This document shows, piece by piece, positions 53,998 to 62,650 of a stretch of DNA of 64,000 bases. Under the pieces are notes generated by a model. The model was not told where the DNA came from. It was given only the letters and a program-made list of their open reading frames with translations, and made no database searches. A program made the translations under genes and the position numbers. Numbering within the stretch: the stretch's first letter is position 1; every line of letters starts with the position of its first letter. The stretch lies in the sequence record PV796108.1. One strand, written 5' to 3'.

Positions 53998-55536
53998 TTG
54001 ACGAACTTAGAAACATTAAGAAATCGAGTTTCACATATTGTAACGTCTAGAAGACTGGTAGATGATGGTCTTATCAAGGAACATATCACAATTCCACAAT
54101 CTGAAGTGGAAGAAGGTAAGATTGTTAGAGAAGTAGTTTTCGAAGCAATTAAAGATACATTCACTGGATGTCGTATTAATCCAAATAAACATTCGTTTTC
54201 AGTTAAATTGGATGGTGCAATCAGTGTTAAAGCACAGGAGCTTTATGATTATATTCAAGAGCATCCACATTGGAAGTCTTTCTTAGAGTCACAGCATTCT
54301 AGCAAGTTACGTACAATTTTAAATCTCTCAAATGTTTATCAAGAAAGGAGAGAATTAAAATATAAGAAAGAAGATGATGGGCGCCGTTTCATTTATGTAC
54401 CATTTGAACCAAAGGACATTCCGAGTTATAACCAACAAGGTCTGTATTATATGCTTCAGTACTTATCTGAAAGTTTTAGTCGTGAACGTAGAGCTTCTGA
54501 GATTTTTGATGAAGTTATGCAATTGATTGAGACTGAACGTGAACGTCGTATCGAAGAACGTAACCGTTTAATGGCACGTATCGAAGCGAAGTACAAGGAA
54601 GATATCAAAGCAAGCTTGTTGAAACCCATCGGAGCGATTCAAGGAGATGTTCGTGAGAAACTTATCCAAGAACGTATGGTGAAATGGTGTAATGAGCAAG
54701 GTTTAGCACCAGCTATCCCTCAAGAGCTTACATATCAAAACATTATTCCAGTAGGTACAGAAGTATCTGTAGTTGTTAAGTCAGGTTCTCAAGAAGAAGG
54801 ATGGTTTGCAGTTCCACGTTCTGGAGGATTTGATATTCCTGAAGGATTTGAACGTTTAATGGTTTATGATAATGTAACTCGTCACGATGCATTACACCAA
54901 CGTTCTCGTAATGGTTCAGCTCCAATCGTAATCAATGAAGATACTTTCACTGAGTTTGACATTGCTTATTGGAATCATTTAATCCCAGCGGAACATGCTC
55001 AGTATAAAGCAGGTTATGAGGCTGTAGTTGCTTCTGTAACGGCTGCTGAAATTAAAGTAGTACAAGACTTACTTGATGAGCAAAAACGTGAGGAAGAGGC
55101 ACGTATTCAACGTCAGAAGGAAGAGCTTGCACAACGACGTGAAGAATTAAGACGTCAACGTGAGCGTGAAGATGAAGAGTTACGTAATCTTGAACGTTCT
55201 TATGACAATGAAAATGAACAAAAGCGTCAAGAAAGAAAACGTAGAAGCTTAGATGCGATTGCTCGTCAGTTACAAGAACAAGCTGAAACACATTCTGTAC
55301 CAGAGGACGATGATTTGTTTGAAGAGATTATCGAATCTGATTACAAACTCTTGTATAATCCATTTGGTGTAGATAGTAAGTTTACGTTAGTTCATCCAGA
55401 TGGTGAGGAAGAAAACTTCTCAAGTGAAGATGATTTAAAGGTTCGTGTCTTTGAAGAATTAGAATTAGATGAACATGAAGCAGTTGTTTATCACAAAATT
55501 AATCAAAGTCGTGTGTACAAAGCTTTAGAAAAATAA
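53998..55536 (+). CDS. 512-aa protein with long E/R-rich coiled coils in the Ubl operon
   Basis: AAGGAGG SD + TTG; no family recognised. Confidence 0.8.
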   Translation: MTNLETLRNRVSHIVTSRRLVDDGLIKEHITIPQSEVEEGKIVREVVFEAIKDTFTGCRINPNKHSFSVKLDGAISVKAQELYDYIQEHPHWKSFLESQHSSKLRTILNLSNVYQERRELKYKKEDDGRRFIYVPFEPKDIPSYNQQGLYYMLQYLSESFSRERRASEIFDEVMQLIETERERRIEERNRLMARIEAKYKEDIKASLLKPIGAIQGDVREKLIQERMVKWCNEQGLAPAIPQELTYQNIIPVGTEVSVVVKSGSQEEGWFAVPRSGGFDIPEGFERLMVYDNVTRHDALHQRSRNGSAPIVINEDTFTEFDIAYWNHLIPAEHAQYKAGYEAVVASVTAAEIKVVQDLLDEQKREEEARIQRQKEELAQRREELRRQREREDEELRNLERSYDNENEQKRQERKRRSLDAIARQLQEQAETHSVPEDDDLFEEIIESDYKLLYNPFGVDSKFTLVHPDGEEENFSSEDDLKVRVFEELELDEHEAVVYHKINQSRVYKALEK

Positions 55537-55566
55537 ACCGTTAGATAACTAAGGAGGAAATTTATT

Positions 55567-56292
55567 ATGGCAAACCGTCCAGATTCTATTAACATTGAGA
55601 TTTTACAAGAGGGTGTTACAGTTAAAACAACGAAAGGTGGCGTAACATCTATCAAGGAAACAAATCTTGAGCAGATTCAACGTCAATTAACAAGCAATGA
55701 GCGTATTGAGACGCCGTTGCTTCCAAGTATTTGGGGTGTTCAAAAGTATGTAAAGCGTGGTAAACGTGAGCTTTATGTAATCACGACTCCTCCAGGGGTA
55801 CGTAAAGTACAGTATACTGGTGATGACCGTGGTGAGTATGAGATTCCTGTACCAGCAGCAGTTTGGTTTGTAACATCACAAGAACGTTCTGGTGGTGGAC
55901 GTCAATTAGTTCATACAACAGTTTATGCAATTAAAAATCCTATTTTAACAGGTATTGAACAATTGTATCGTATGCCATTTAGTAACTGCGATAACTCATA
56001 CATTTGCTGGGGAGATGAGAGTCCACAAATTTCATCACCAAAAAGTATTCAATCTATTCCAGACCGTTTCTTTGGAATGCCTTTCAACAGTGATTTAGGA
56101 AGTAATGCGTATCAACCGATTAAAGAAGAGATTGATGGAAAAGAGATTAGTCACTTCCGTATCAATCATTTATTCCGTTACTTAGATCGTAAGTTGAAAG
56201 CAGACAAGGATTTCCGTTTCCCGAACAATCATTTAAACAGTTACGAGTCATTTAAACGTGTACTTGACCACGAGCTTCGTCGTTTATCTTAA
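55567..56292 (+). CDS. Prokaryotic E2-like protein (Prok-E2 family D / PRTRC protein B-like)
   Basis: TPLLP...LYRMPFSNC..SYICWG with candidate catalytic Cys; lies between Ubl and JAB/E1 genes. Confidence 0.8.
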   Translation: MANRPDSINIEILQEGVTVKTTKGGVTSIKETNLEQIQRQLTSNERIETPLLPSIWGVQKYVKRGKRELYVITTPPGVRKVQYTGDDRGEYEIPVPAAVWFVTSQERSGGGRQLVHTTVYAIKNPILTGIEQLYRMPFSNCDNSYICWGDESPQISSPKSIQSIPDRFFGMPFNSDLGSNAYQPIKEEIDGKEISHFRINHLFRYLDRKLKADKDFRFPNNHLNSYESFKRVLDHELRRLS

Positions 56293-56345
56293 TCTATATT
56301 TTGGTAGTTAATAAAAAAACAAACAATTAAAAGGAGAGATTTATT

Positions 56346-57725
56346 ATGACTAAAGCAGCAAAATCAAGCGCAATGGCGGCACTACGAGCAAAAATGGCAG
56401 GACAAACAATGGCATATCACATGGGACCTCAAACAGCTGAGGTCTATGCACAAAAGCCAACAAACTATGTTACAGCAGGTAATGGTGTTTTCCGTGTTAT
56501 CCAAAAGGATATCGGTGCTTTCGTAACAAAAGTTGCTGATGGTAAGATTCCAGGCTTCCCAGAGATGGAGGAAGGCGTACATTTACAAATTCCAAAGATT
56601 CCTTATAAGTATTGGTTACAAGTATTATCATTCTACAAAGATGTTAATGCGAAAGATGGTACTGAAGCATCTGTATTATTCTTCTGGAACACAAACAATG
56701 TAACATTACCAACTCATTATGACCCAACGCCAGCACAAGCTGCAAAAGGTGAGTTAGGACCAGAAGTAAAAGGTTTAACACAAGATGGTCAATTAATCAT
56801 TTATTGCCCAGTACAAAAGAACTCTGGTAGTTTATCAGACTTCACGAAAGATTCATTTGTAGATTACTTACGTCTACATACAGCTCAGTTATGTGAAACA
56901 CATTCTCATAATACAATGGGAGCGTTCTGGTCAGGAACTGACGATAGCAATGAGAACTATCCACAGTTCTATGGTGTTATTGGTAAAGTTTCAAGCAAAG
57001 AACCTGAACATCGTTTCCGTTATGCATTAGGTAAAGAAAAATTTGATTGCGAACTATGGGAATTATTCGAAAAGCCTAAAGTTCAAAAGATGGAAATTGT
57101 AACAATCGACATTCCAGGTGTTGGCACTGTTGAAGATGTACAAGAAATTAAAAATCTTGACTTTAAAGGTCCATGGCCGATGGTTGATTATCCAAGTGAT
57201 TGGATGGGTCAACATAGTAAAAGTTACTACACTCCCAGTTACGGCACAGCCTATACTCGTAAAACCTACGGTACAGGTGGTACAGCAGTCCAAACCCACG
57301 GAGGTCAAGGTGGCGGAATCTTTCCCAGCTACGGACACTGGCCAGAAGAATGGGACACTCTTGGGGGCTGGGCTGACGCTGGCAATCAGTCTGGCCTTGG
57401 GTTGGCTGCGGAAGTAGCTGGCGAAGGAGACTATGGTTTCGGAGAAGGTACCAGGCAAGGGCAAGAATCTTTCAACGAAGCGTACAAAAAATTCTTACAA
57501 GAACCAGTCGAGGGCCAAGGGACGTGGACGTTCTCAAAAGCAAGGGAAAAGAAAGTAGCTGAAGGTCAGCTTGAAACTGATGGTACAGTAGTTGATTATG
57601 TAATCATGGAACCAACAGAAGCTGAAGAATGTGATGAGATTCATTCAATGATTGGTGAATTAATTAACTTTGGTGTTTATGCAACCATCGTTGATATTGC
57701 GAAAGAAGAACATCTTGTAGAGTAG
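56346..57725 (+). CDS. JAB/MPN+ metallo-isopeptidase (PRTRC protein A-like) with long low-complexity tail
   Basis: Catalytic Glu in GTEASV plus ETHSHNTMGAFWSGTDD (HxH-x7-S-x2-D). Confidence 0.88.
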   Translation: MTKAAKSSAMAALRAKMAGQTMAYHMGPQTAEVYAQKPTNYVTAGNGVFRVIQKDIGAFVTKVADGKIPGFPEMEEGVHLQIPKIPYKYWLQVLSFYKDVNAKDGTEASVLFFWNTNNVTLPTHYDPTPAQAAKGELGPEVKGLTQDGQLIIYCPVQKNSGSLSDFTKDSFVDYLRLHTAQLCETHSHNTMGAFWSGTDDSNENYPQFYGVIGKVSSKEPEHRFRYALGKEKFDCELWELFEKPKVQKMEIVTIDIPGVGTVEDVQEIKNLDFKGPWPMVDYPSDWMGQHSKSYYTPSYGTAYTRKTYGTGGTAVQTHGGQGGGIFPSYGHWPEEWDTLGGWADAGNQSGLGLAAEVAGEGDYGFGEGTRQGQESFNEAYKKFLQEPVEGQGTWTFSKAREKKVAEGQLETDGTVVDYVIMEPTEAEECDEIHSMIGELINFGVYATIVDIAKEEHLVE

Positions 57726-57793
57726 GCATTAGCCTACTTTACATTTTTTTATTGCACTACATATCTTATTTATATTAAAAGGAGAGATTTATT

Positions 57794-58651
57794 ATGAAAC
57801 TTGAAAAAACTTATTCTTTAGATACTATGTACAGAACTGCTAAACATTTTATCGTAATTGGAGCTGGGGGTAACGGTGGTTATTTCATTCCACAATTAGC
57901 TCGTATGGTTTCTGTTCAAAATAAAATTCGTGAAGTACAACGTTTACCATTACACCGTATTACAATCATTGAAGCTGATGGAGTAGAAGCGAAGAATTTA
58001 ACTCGTCAAAACTTTATTGCAGCTGATATTGATAAAAATAAAGGTGAAGTAATGGCTGCTCGTTATGCTCGTGCTTTTGGTCTTGAAATTGGATTAGTAG
58101 GGCAATATCTTGATAGTCATGAGATGTTACTTAAAATTATGCGTGAAAGTACATCAAAAGAAGTACCAGTTATTTGTGGTATGGTAGACAACAATAAAAC
58201 TCGTAAATTAATGCATGATGCATTTAAAGCATACTCAGGTGCATTCTATCTTGATGTAGGTAATGAAGAGTTTGCAGGACAATGTGTTCTTGGTTACAAC
58301 CACAACAAAGATCGTTTTGTTTTACCAAGAGAAGGTGGAGATTCAATCCAAAGCTTTAGTTTACCAAGTGTTTGTGAAGTATTCCCAGAGGTAATGGAAG
58401 CGCAAGACAAATTACCAACTGAAATGTCTTGTGCAGAACGTTCTGAGTCAGCTCCTCAAAATATTTATACAAACATGACAGCATCAAATGAAGCATTAGG
58501 ATTTGTGAACCATTTATTAACAGACAATGTAAATGGTTCAACACCAACTGGTTTACGTGTTCATACAACAATCTTTGATGCTAACACAATGAATAAAACA
58601 ACTCGTTTTAATCGTACGAGTGAGCTTGAAAAATATGTGGCGGGGAAATAA
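57794..58651 (+). CDS. ThiF/E1-like ubiquitin-activating enzyme (PRTRC ThiF-like)
   Basis: VIGAGGNGG, DGVEAKNLTRQNF, GMVDNNKTR, YLDVGN, candidate catalytic Cys in MSCAE...PQ. Confidence 0.92.
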   Translation: MKLEKTYSLDTMYRTAKHFIVIGAGGNGGYFIPQLARMVSVQNKIREVQRLPLHRITIIEADGVEAKNLTRQNFIAADIDKNKGEVMAARYARAFGLEIGLVGQYLDSHEMLLKIMRESTSKEVPVICGMVDNNKTRKLMHDAFKAYSGAFYLDVGNEEFAGQCVLGYNHNKDRFVLPREGGDSIQSFSLPSVCEVFPEVMEAQDKLPTEMSCAERSESAPQNIYTNMTASNEALGFVNHLLTDNVNGSTPTGLRVHTTIFDANTMNKTTRFNRTSELEKYVAGK

Positions 58652-58678
58652 TCCCTGCCCTCCTTTTTGGAGGTAGTT

Positions 58679-59110
58679 ATGTATACAACAATTGATTTAT
58701 TATCAAAGAGTCTTAATGAAAATCAAATTCGTGGTAGATTAGGCTTAGATTACTCTGACATAGTTGAATTAAAACATGTACATATGCCCGTTCTTCTTCA
58801 TGGAAGAAAAGGTGAAATGCATTATTACTTGTTAAAAAATCCAGATAATTATCCTGGCGCTCAAGCTGATACTTTATCTGATATGAAAAGTATTGTTGCT
58901 GTTTCTCCAGAACTTGAACCATGGATAGAAGAACTAATAAGTGAAACAGACGAACACGACGGAAGTTTCATTGGTCGAACTAATAACTACAAAAATGATA
59001 TTTACCCATATTGGTGGTTAGTTTCTCATACATTAATACCATGTTTATCAGAGTCTAATACAAGTTCAATTGTGCAACTAAAAAGTGATGAAGACTTAAC
59101 AATAGATTAG
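58679..59110 (+). CDS. Paralog family C with C-terminal motif
   Basis: Start ATG 58679; MYTTI...YYL..NPD.YPG...YWWL; ends SNTSSIVQLKSDE. Confidence 0.75.
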   Translation: MYTTIDLLSKSLNENQIRGRLGLDYSDIVELKHVHMPVLLHGRKGEMHYYLLKNPDNYPGAQADTLSDMKSIVAVSPELEPWIEELISETDEHDGSFIGRTNNYKNDIYPYWWLVSHTLIPCLSESNTSSIVQLKSDEDLTID

Positions 59111-59119
59111 AGGTGACAC

Positions 59120-59554
59120 ATGTACACAACAATAAGACAATTAATGGATGATGTCGGTTTTGATGAGGTAGCTTATCAGATTGGAATGGCTGCAAAAGAT
59201 ATGAATAAAGCATTTGATTTTGAAATACCTGTTTACTTAGTAGGAGAAAATCATAACAAGCAATGGTATTACTTGATAGACCATCCTGATGGATATGAAG
59301 GAGGAAATAGTAATGTTCTTGTTGCATTACAAGATATCAAAATCTATAAAGAACGAGAAGTTCGTCCATATTCAGACTGGGAAAATCTTAGGGATGAAGT
59401 AGACGAAGATGGCGATTTCCTTGGTGATTATAATGATTATGATTCGGCAATCAACAAGTATTGGTGGATTTCTTTTAGCCAACCAATCACATTGTTTGAG
59501 TACGATAACAATCAAAATCTTAGAAAGTTAAATAAAGAAACCCCTTTTGAGTGA
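59120..59554 (+). CDS. Paralog family C with C-terminal motif
   Basis: MYTTI...YYL..HPD.YEG...YWWI; ends DNNQNLRKLNKET. Confidence 0.75.
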   Translation: MYTTIRQLMDDVGFDEVAYQIGMAAKDMNKAFDFEIPVYLVGENHNKQWYYLIDHPDGYEGGNSNVLVALQDIKIYKEREVRPYSDWENLRDEVDEDGDFLGDYNDYDSAINKYWWISFSQPITLFEYDNNQNLRKLNKETPFE

Positions 59555-59640
59555 GCAATTTGTAATGGAATGTTGTATTCTATTAAATGGGATACAACCT
59601 GCCATTATAAGTGGCACTAAAATTGGGGAGGGACTTATAA

Positions 59641-60714
59641 ATGCTAGACTTTTTATTAGTTGCGATTTCCATTATTGGATTTATCGCATTAGGCGCTTTT
59701 GCGTATTCGATTTGGAAGGCTGCAAGAAACCATGAAACAACACACTATGACACGAAGGACGAACATGCTTATGGAGAATTTGCATTCAACAATAAGTTAT
59801 GGGTATTACCTGTAGTTGCTATTTTGATGTTTACAATCTTCTTCTTTAACTTATGTACAACTCGTGTTCAACCAGGTTATAACGGCATTACATATTCATT
59901 AGTATCAGGTTTAAAGAATGACGTTAAGACACCAGGTTTAAAAGTGCATTATCCATGGGAAACAATTCATGATTATCCAACATCAACAGAAACGGTTTAT
60001 TTAAAGAAACCAAAGAAAGATGATGGAGAGGATGACAAGAGCTTTTCAGTGAATACAAACGATGGTAAGAGTGTAGATGTAGATGCAGTTTATTCATATC
60101 ATATGCAATCTGAAAAACTTCCACACATCTTTGCACGTTTCCGTCGTCAGCCATCTAATAAAATTGAGGAATCTTATATTAAACAAGAGATTTCTAACCA
60201 TGTACAAGCTGCAACAACAAAGTATTCTGTTCTAGAAGTATATTCACACAAACGTTCTGAAATCACAAAAGAGATTAAAGACAATCTAGCAAAATCACTT
60301 GTGAAAGATGGTATTGTACTAGAGAAGTTTACAATCGCAGATGTTCGTCCTGATAAAGATACAAAAGTTAAACTTCAGGCTATTGCTGACATGCAAAACG
60401 AACAAGAACGTTTAGCTCGTGAAGAACAGGTTAAGCGTCAACAAGCAGCGAATGATAAGATTGAAGCTGAAGGTAAGAAAGTTACAGAACTTATCAACGC
60501 AGATCGTGATGCAGAGAAAATCCGTATCAATGCTGAAGCACAATCTGTAGCCAACGAAAAATTAAAAGCTTCATTAAGTCCAGAAGTTATTCAATCTGAA
60601 TGGATTAAGAAATGGAATGGACAAAAATCTGTTGTTGAAGGTGGTTCTGGTTCTATTATTAACATGCCAGCTGACATTATTAAACAACAATTGGAACAAG
60701 GGGCTAAGAAGTAA
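59641..60714 (+). CDS. SPFH/Band 7 (prohibitin/flotillin-like) membrane protein
   Basis: Two N-terminal TMs; TRVQPGYNGI, PGLKVHYPW, TNDGKSVDVDA, I.L..F.I.DV, coiled coil, W..KW.G. Confidence 0.9.
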   Translation: MLDFLLVAISIIGFIALGAFAYSIWKAARNHETTHYDTKDEHAYGEFAFNNKLWVLPVVAILMFTIFFFNLCTTRVQPGYNGITYSLVSGLKNDVKTPGLKVHYPWETIHDYPTSTETVYLKKPKKDDGEDDKSFSVNTNDGKSVDVDAVYSYHMQSEKLPHIFARFRRQPSNKIEESYIKQEISNHVQAATTKYSVLEVYSHKRSEITKEIKDNLAKSLVKDGIVLEKFTIADVRPDKDTKVKLQAIADMQNEQERLAREEQVKRQQAANDKIEAEGKKVTELINADRDAEKIRINAEAQSVANEKLKASLSPEVIQSEWIKKWNGQKSVVEGGSGSIINMPADIIKQQLEQGAKK

Positions 60715-60956
60715 TAACCAACACTGTCGGAGGTGTTAAATTCGCTTCTTAACATTATCTGCATTTTTAGAAGTATTAATGGGGTAACACAGGGGTATTA
60801 AACATAAATCAGTGGGAGCTTAACGGCTCCCCTCTTTCAGGGAGGAGTAATCCTCCCCTTTCTGTTTTAAGTAATGATTCTTGAATGAGTCCCAAGAGTC
60901 AAGTAGGGCAAGGAAGAGAATTCCCCTAGATTCTCTTCCCTGAAGGAGATGATAAT

Positions 60957-61295
60957 ATGGAAAGAATAGTAGTTTATGAAGCATATGATTATGTATCAGG
61001 ATGTATTATTCTAGGTATATTTATAGGAGTAGGATTTTGGATGGCTTATTACGGTGGAAGAAGAAAAATTCTCTATGGCATACTAGGAACACTTGGAATT
61101 CTATTATGTATATTTGGAATATTATCAGCTAATCTTGAATCACTACAAAAACCAGTTAATCAGTACCTTGTTGATAAGAAAGTCATTCCACAAATTGACT
61201 TCGGAAGATACCAAGTTATTGGACAGCAAGGCGACACCTTCTTATTAGAAAGAATTGAACACACAAAAACATTTAGAGTAGATAATAGGAGGTAG
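60957..61295 (+). CDS. Two-TM membrane protein, paralog of 61301
   Basis: Shared IP.IDF..Y.I..Q.G..F..E. Confidence 0.75.
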   Translation: MERIVVYEAYDYVSGCIILGIFIGVGFWMAYYGGRRKILYGILGTLGILLCIFGILSANLESLQKPVNQYLVDKKVIPQIDFGRYQVIGQQGDTFLLERIEHTKTFRVDNRR

Positions 61296-61300
61296 ATACG

Positions 61301-61642
61301 ATGCAAGAACTCGTTAGTTATAGTCCACCATGGTACAGCATATTCATGATTGCATTTGGAATTGGATATGGAGTTGTTTGTGTAGTTATTGCTTTTGTCC
61401 ATCACAAGCAAGGTAAAAGTAATCGCATATCTACCATACTAGCTTGTCTATTTGGAATTTTACTTTGTGCAGGATTAATTCTATTTAATATGACTGACCT
61501 TAAAACAAAGAATGTAAAATACCAAATTCATAAAAATGATATTCCTTCTATTGATTTCGCTGACTATAAGATAGAAGAACAAACAGGAAATTACTTTATT
61601 ATAGAAAAGCGTGAAAAAGAAAAGGATGTTGAATTTAAATAA
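61301..61642 (+). CDS. Two-TM membrane protein, paralog of 60957
   Basis: 113 aa, GGAGG SD. Confidence 0.75.
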   Translation: MQELVSYSPPWYSIFMIAFGIGYGVVCVVIAFVHHKQGKSNRISTILACLFGILLCAGLILFNMTDLKTKNVKYQIHKNDIPSIDFADYKIEEQTGNYFIIEKREKEKDVEFK

Positions 61643-61657
61643 TGGGAGGTAGTTATT

Positions 61658-61999
61658 ATGTTAAAAGCACTGTTTCCAAAGAAACCTACACCTCATGAGT
61701 TAGAAATAATAAGACTACAAAAGAAAATAGCACAACTAGAAGATGAGAATCATGAGTTACAAATGAAATTAAAAGTGAAACGAGTTATTGATGCGCCGAC
61801 GCCAGTTAATGGTTTAATCATGACTTCTAATACATACGAAGTCTTTTCTCGTCATGAGAAGATGACACTAAGTGAAGGTGCTATCAGATGGAGAGGTCTT
61901 GAAATAGTTAAAACAAACTCATTGGCATTTACAGATGGGTTGTTGTACTATCTTTCAGAGTATGAAGAATACATGAAAGAGAAAGGCGTGAAAGGATGA
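61658..61999 (+). CDS. Hypothetical protein with N-terminal coiled coil
   Basis: 113 aa, GGAGG SD. Confidence 0.7.
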   Translation: MLKALFPKKPTPHELEIIRLQKKIAQLEDENHELQMKLKVKRVIDAPTPVNGLIMTSNTYEVFSRHEKMTLSEGAIRWRGLEIVKTNSLAFTDGLLYYLSEYEEYMKEKGVKG

Positions 62000-62448
62000 A
62001 CATCAAGACATTAAGTATTCTTCATAGTAATTTAAGCGCAGAAGAAAGAGGTATTTTCTATAAAGACATTCTGCAAAAATTACATGAGAAGAGACAACAA
62101 AAAGATATGGTTTTAAATTTAACTGGTTTACCATATTCTAGTGCAAAGCATGTGCAACAGATGGAATGTGGTATGCCTGTTTATCTATTAAAGAACCCTA
62201 ACGTTCATGATAGATATGCTATTTCTGCTTATTTAGATGAAGAATGTACGCAACATGTAGGCTGGGTTAGTCGTGGCGGAGGTACTTTATTCCCTCAGGC
62301 ACAAGCAAATCATGAAGTTTACAGAAAAATTATCCAAAAAGAGAAATTTATTCTTGCATATCCGTTTAAAAGTGGATACTATATAACCAAAAGCTTGAGC
62401 AATCAAAATACTTTAGGCGTTATGAAACACGATGAAGTATTATATTGA
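61996..62448 (+). CDS. HIRAN-domain protein with C-terminal motif
   Basis: LTGLPY...VYLLKNPNVHDRYAISAY...HVGWVSR; ends SNQNTLGVMKHDE. Confidence 0.7.
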   Translation: MNIKTLSILHSNLSAEERGIFYKDILQKLHEKRQQKDMVLNLTGLPYSSAKHVQQMECGMPVYLLKNPNVHDRYAISAYLDEECTQHVGWVSRGGGTLFPQAQANHEVYRKIIQKEKFILAYPFKSGYYITKSLSNQNTLGVMKHDEVLY

Positions 62449-62650
62449 TATTCATTTTGAACAAGGGAGATAGTTTTTGTCTCTCTTTTTGAAAATGAAT
62501 ACGCCAAACAGTACCCGTGCAGAAAGGAACCCAAAAGAGTAAGCGTCAGCTGCACACGTAGGGGAATCATGGACTTTTGTTTTCTACCCTCTGGACTAGA
62601 GATATACCTCAAAACAGAGGGTATTTTCATAAATAAAGGAGGGTAAGACA

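Noticed and set aside
56331-57796. Identical AAAGGAGAGATTTATTATG before the JAB and E1 genes
   Set aside because: Close variants precede many unrelated genes; it is simply this genome's preferred ribosome-binding context.
57794-58651. ThiF/MoeB cofactor-biosynthesis role for the E1
   Set aside because: No thi or moa genes are nearby, the Zn-binding CxxC pairs are absent, and the E2 and JAB neighbours point to protein conjugation. Not excluded experimentally.
59547-59735. 62-aa ORF overlapping the SPFH start
   Set aside because: It overlaps 59641 by 95 nt and has a weak start context; not supported.
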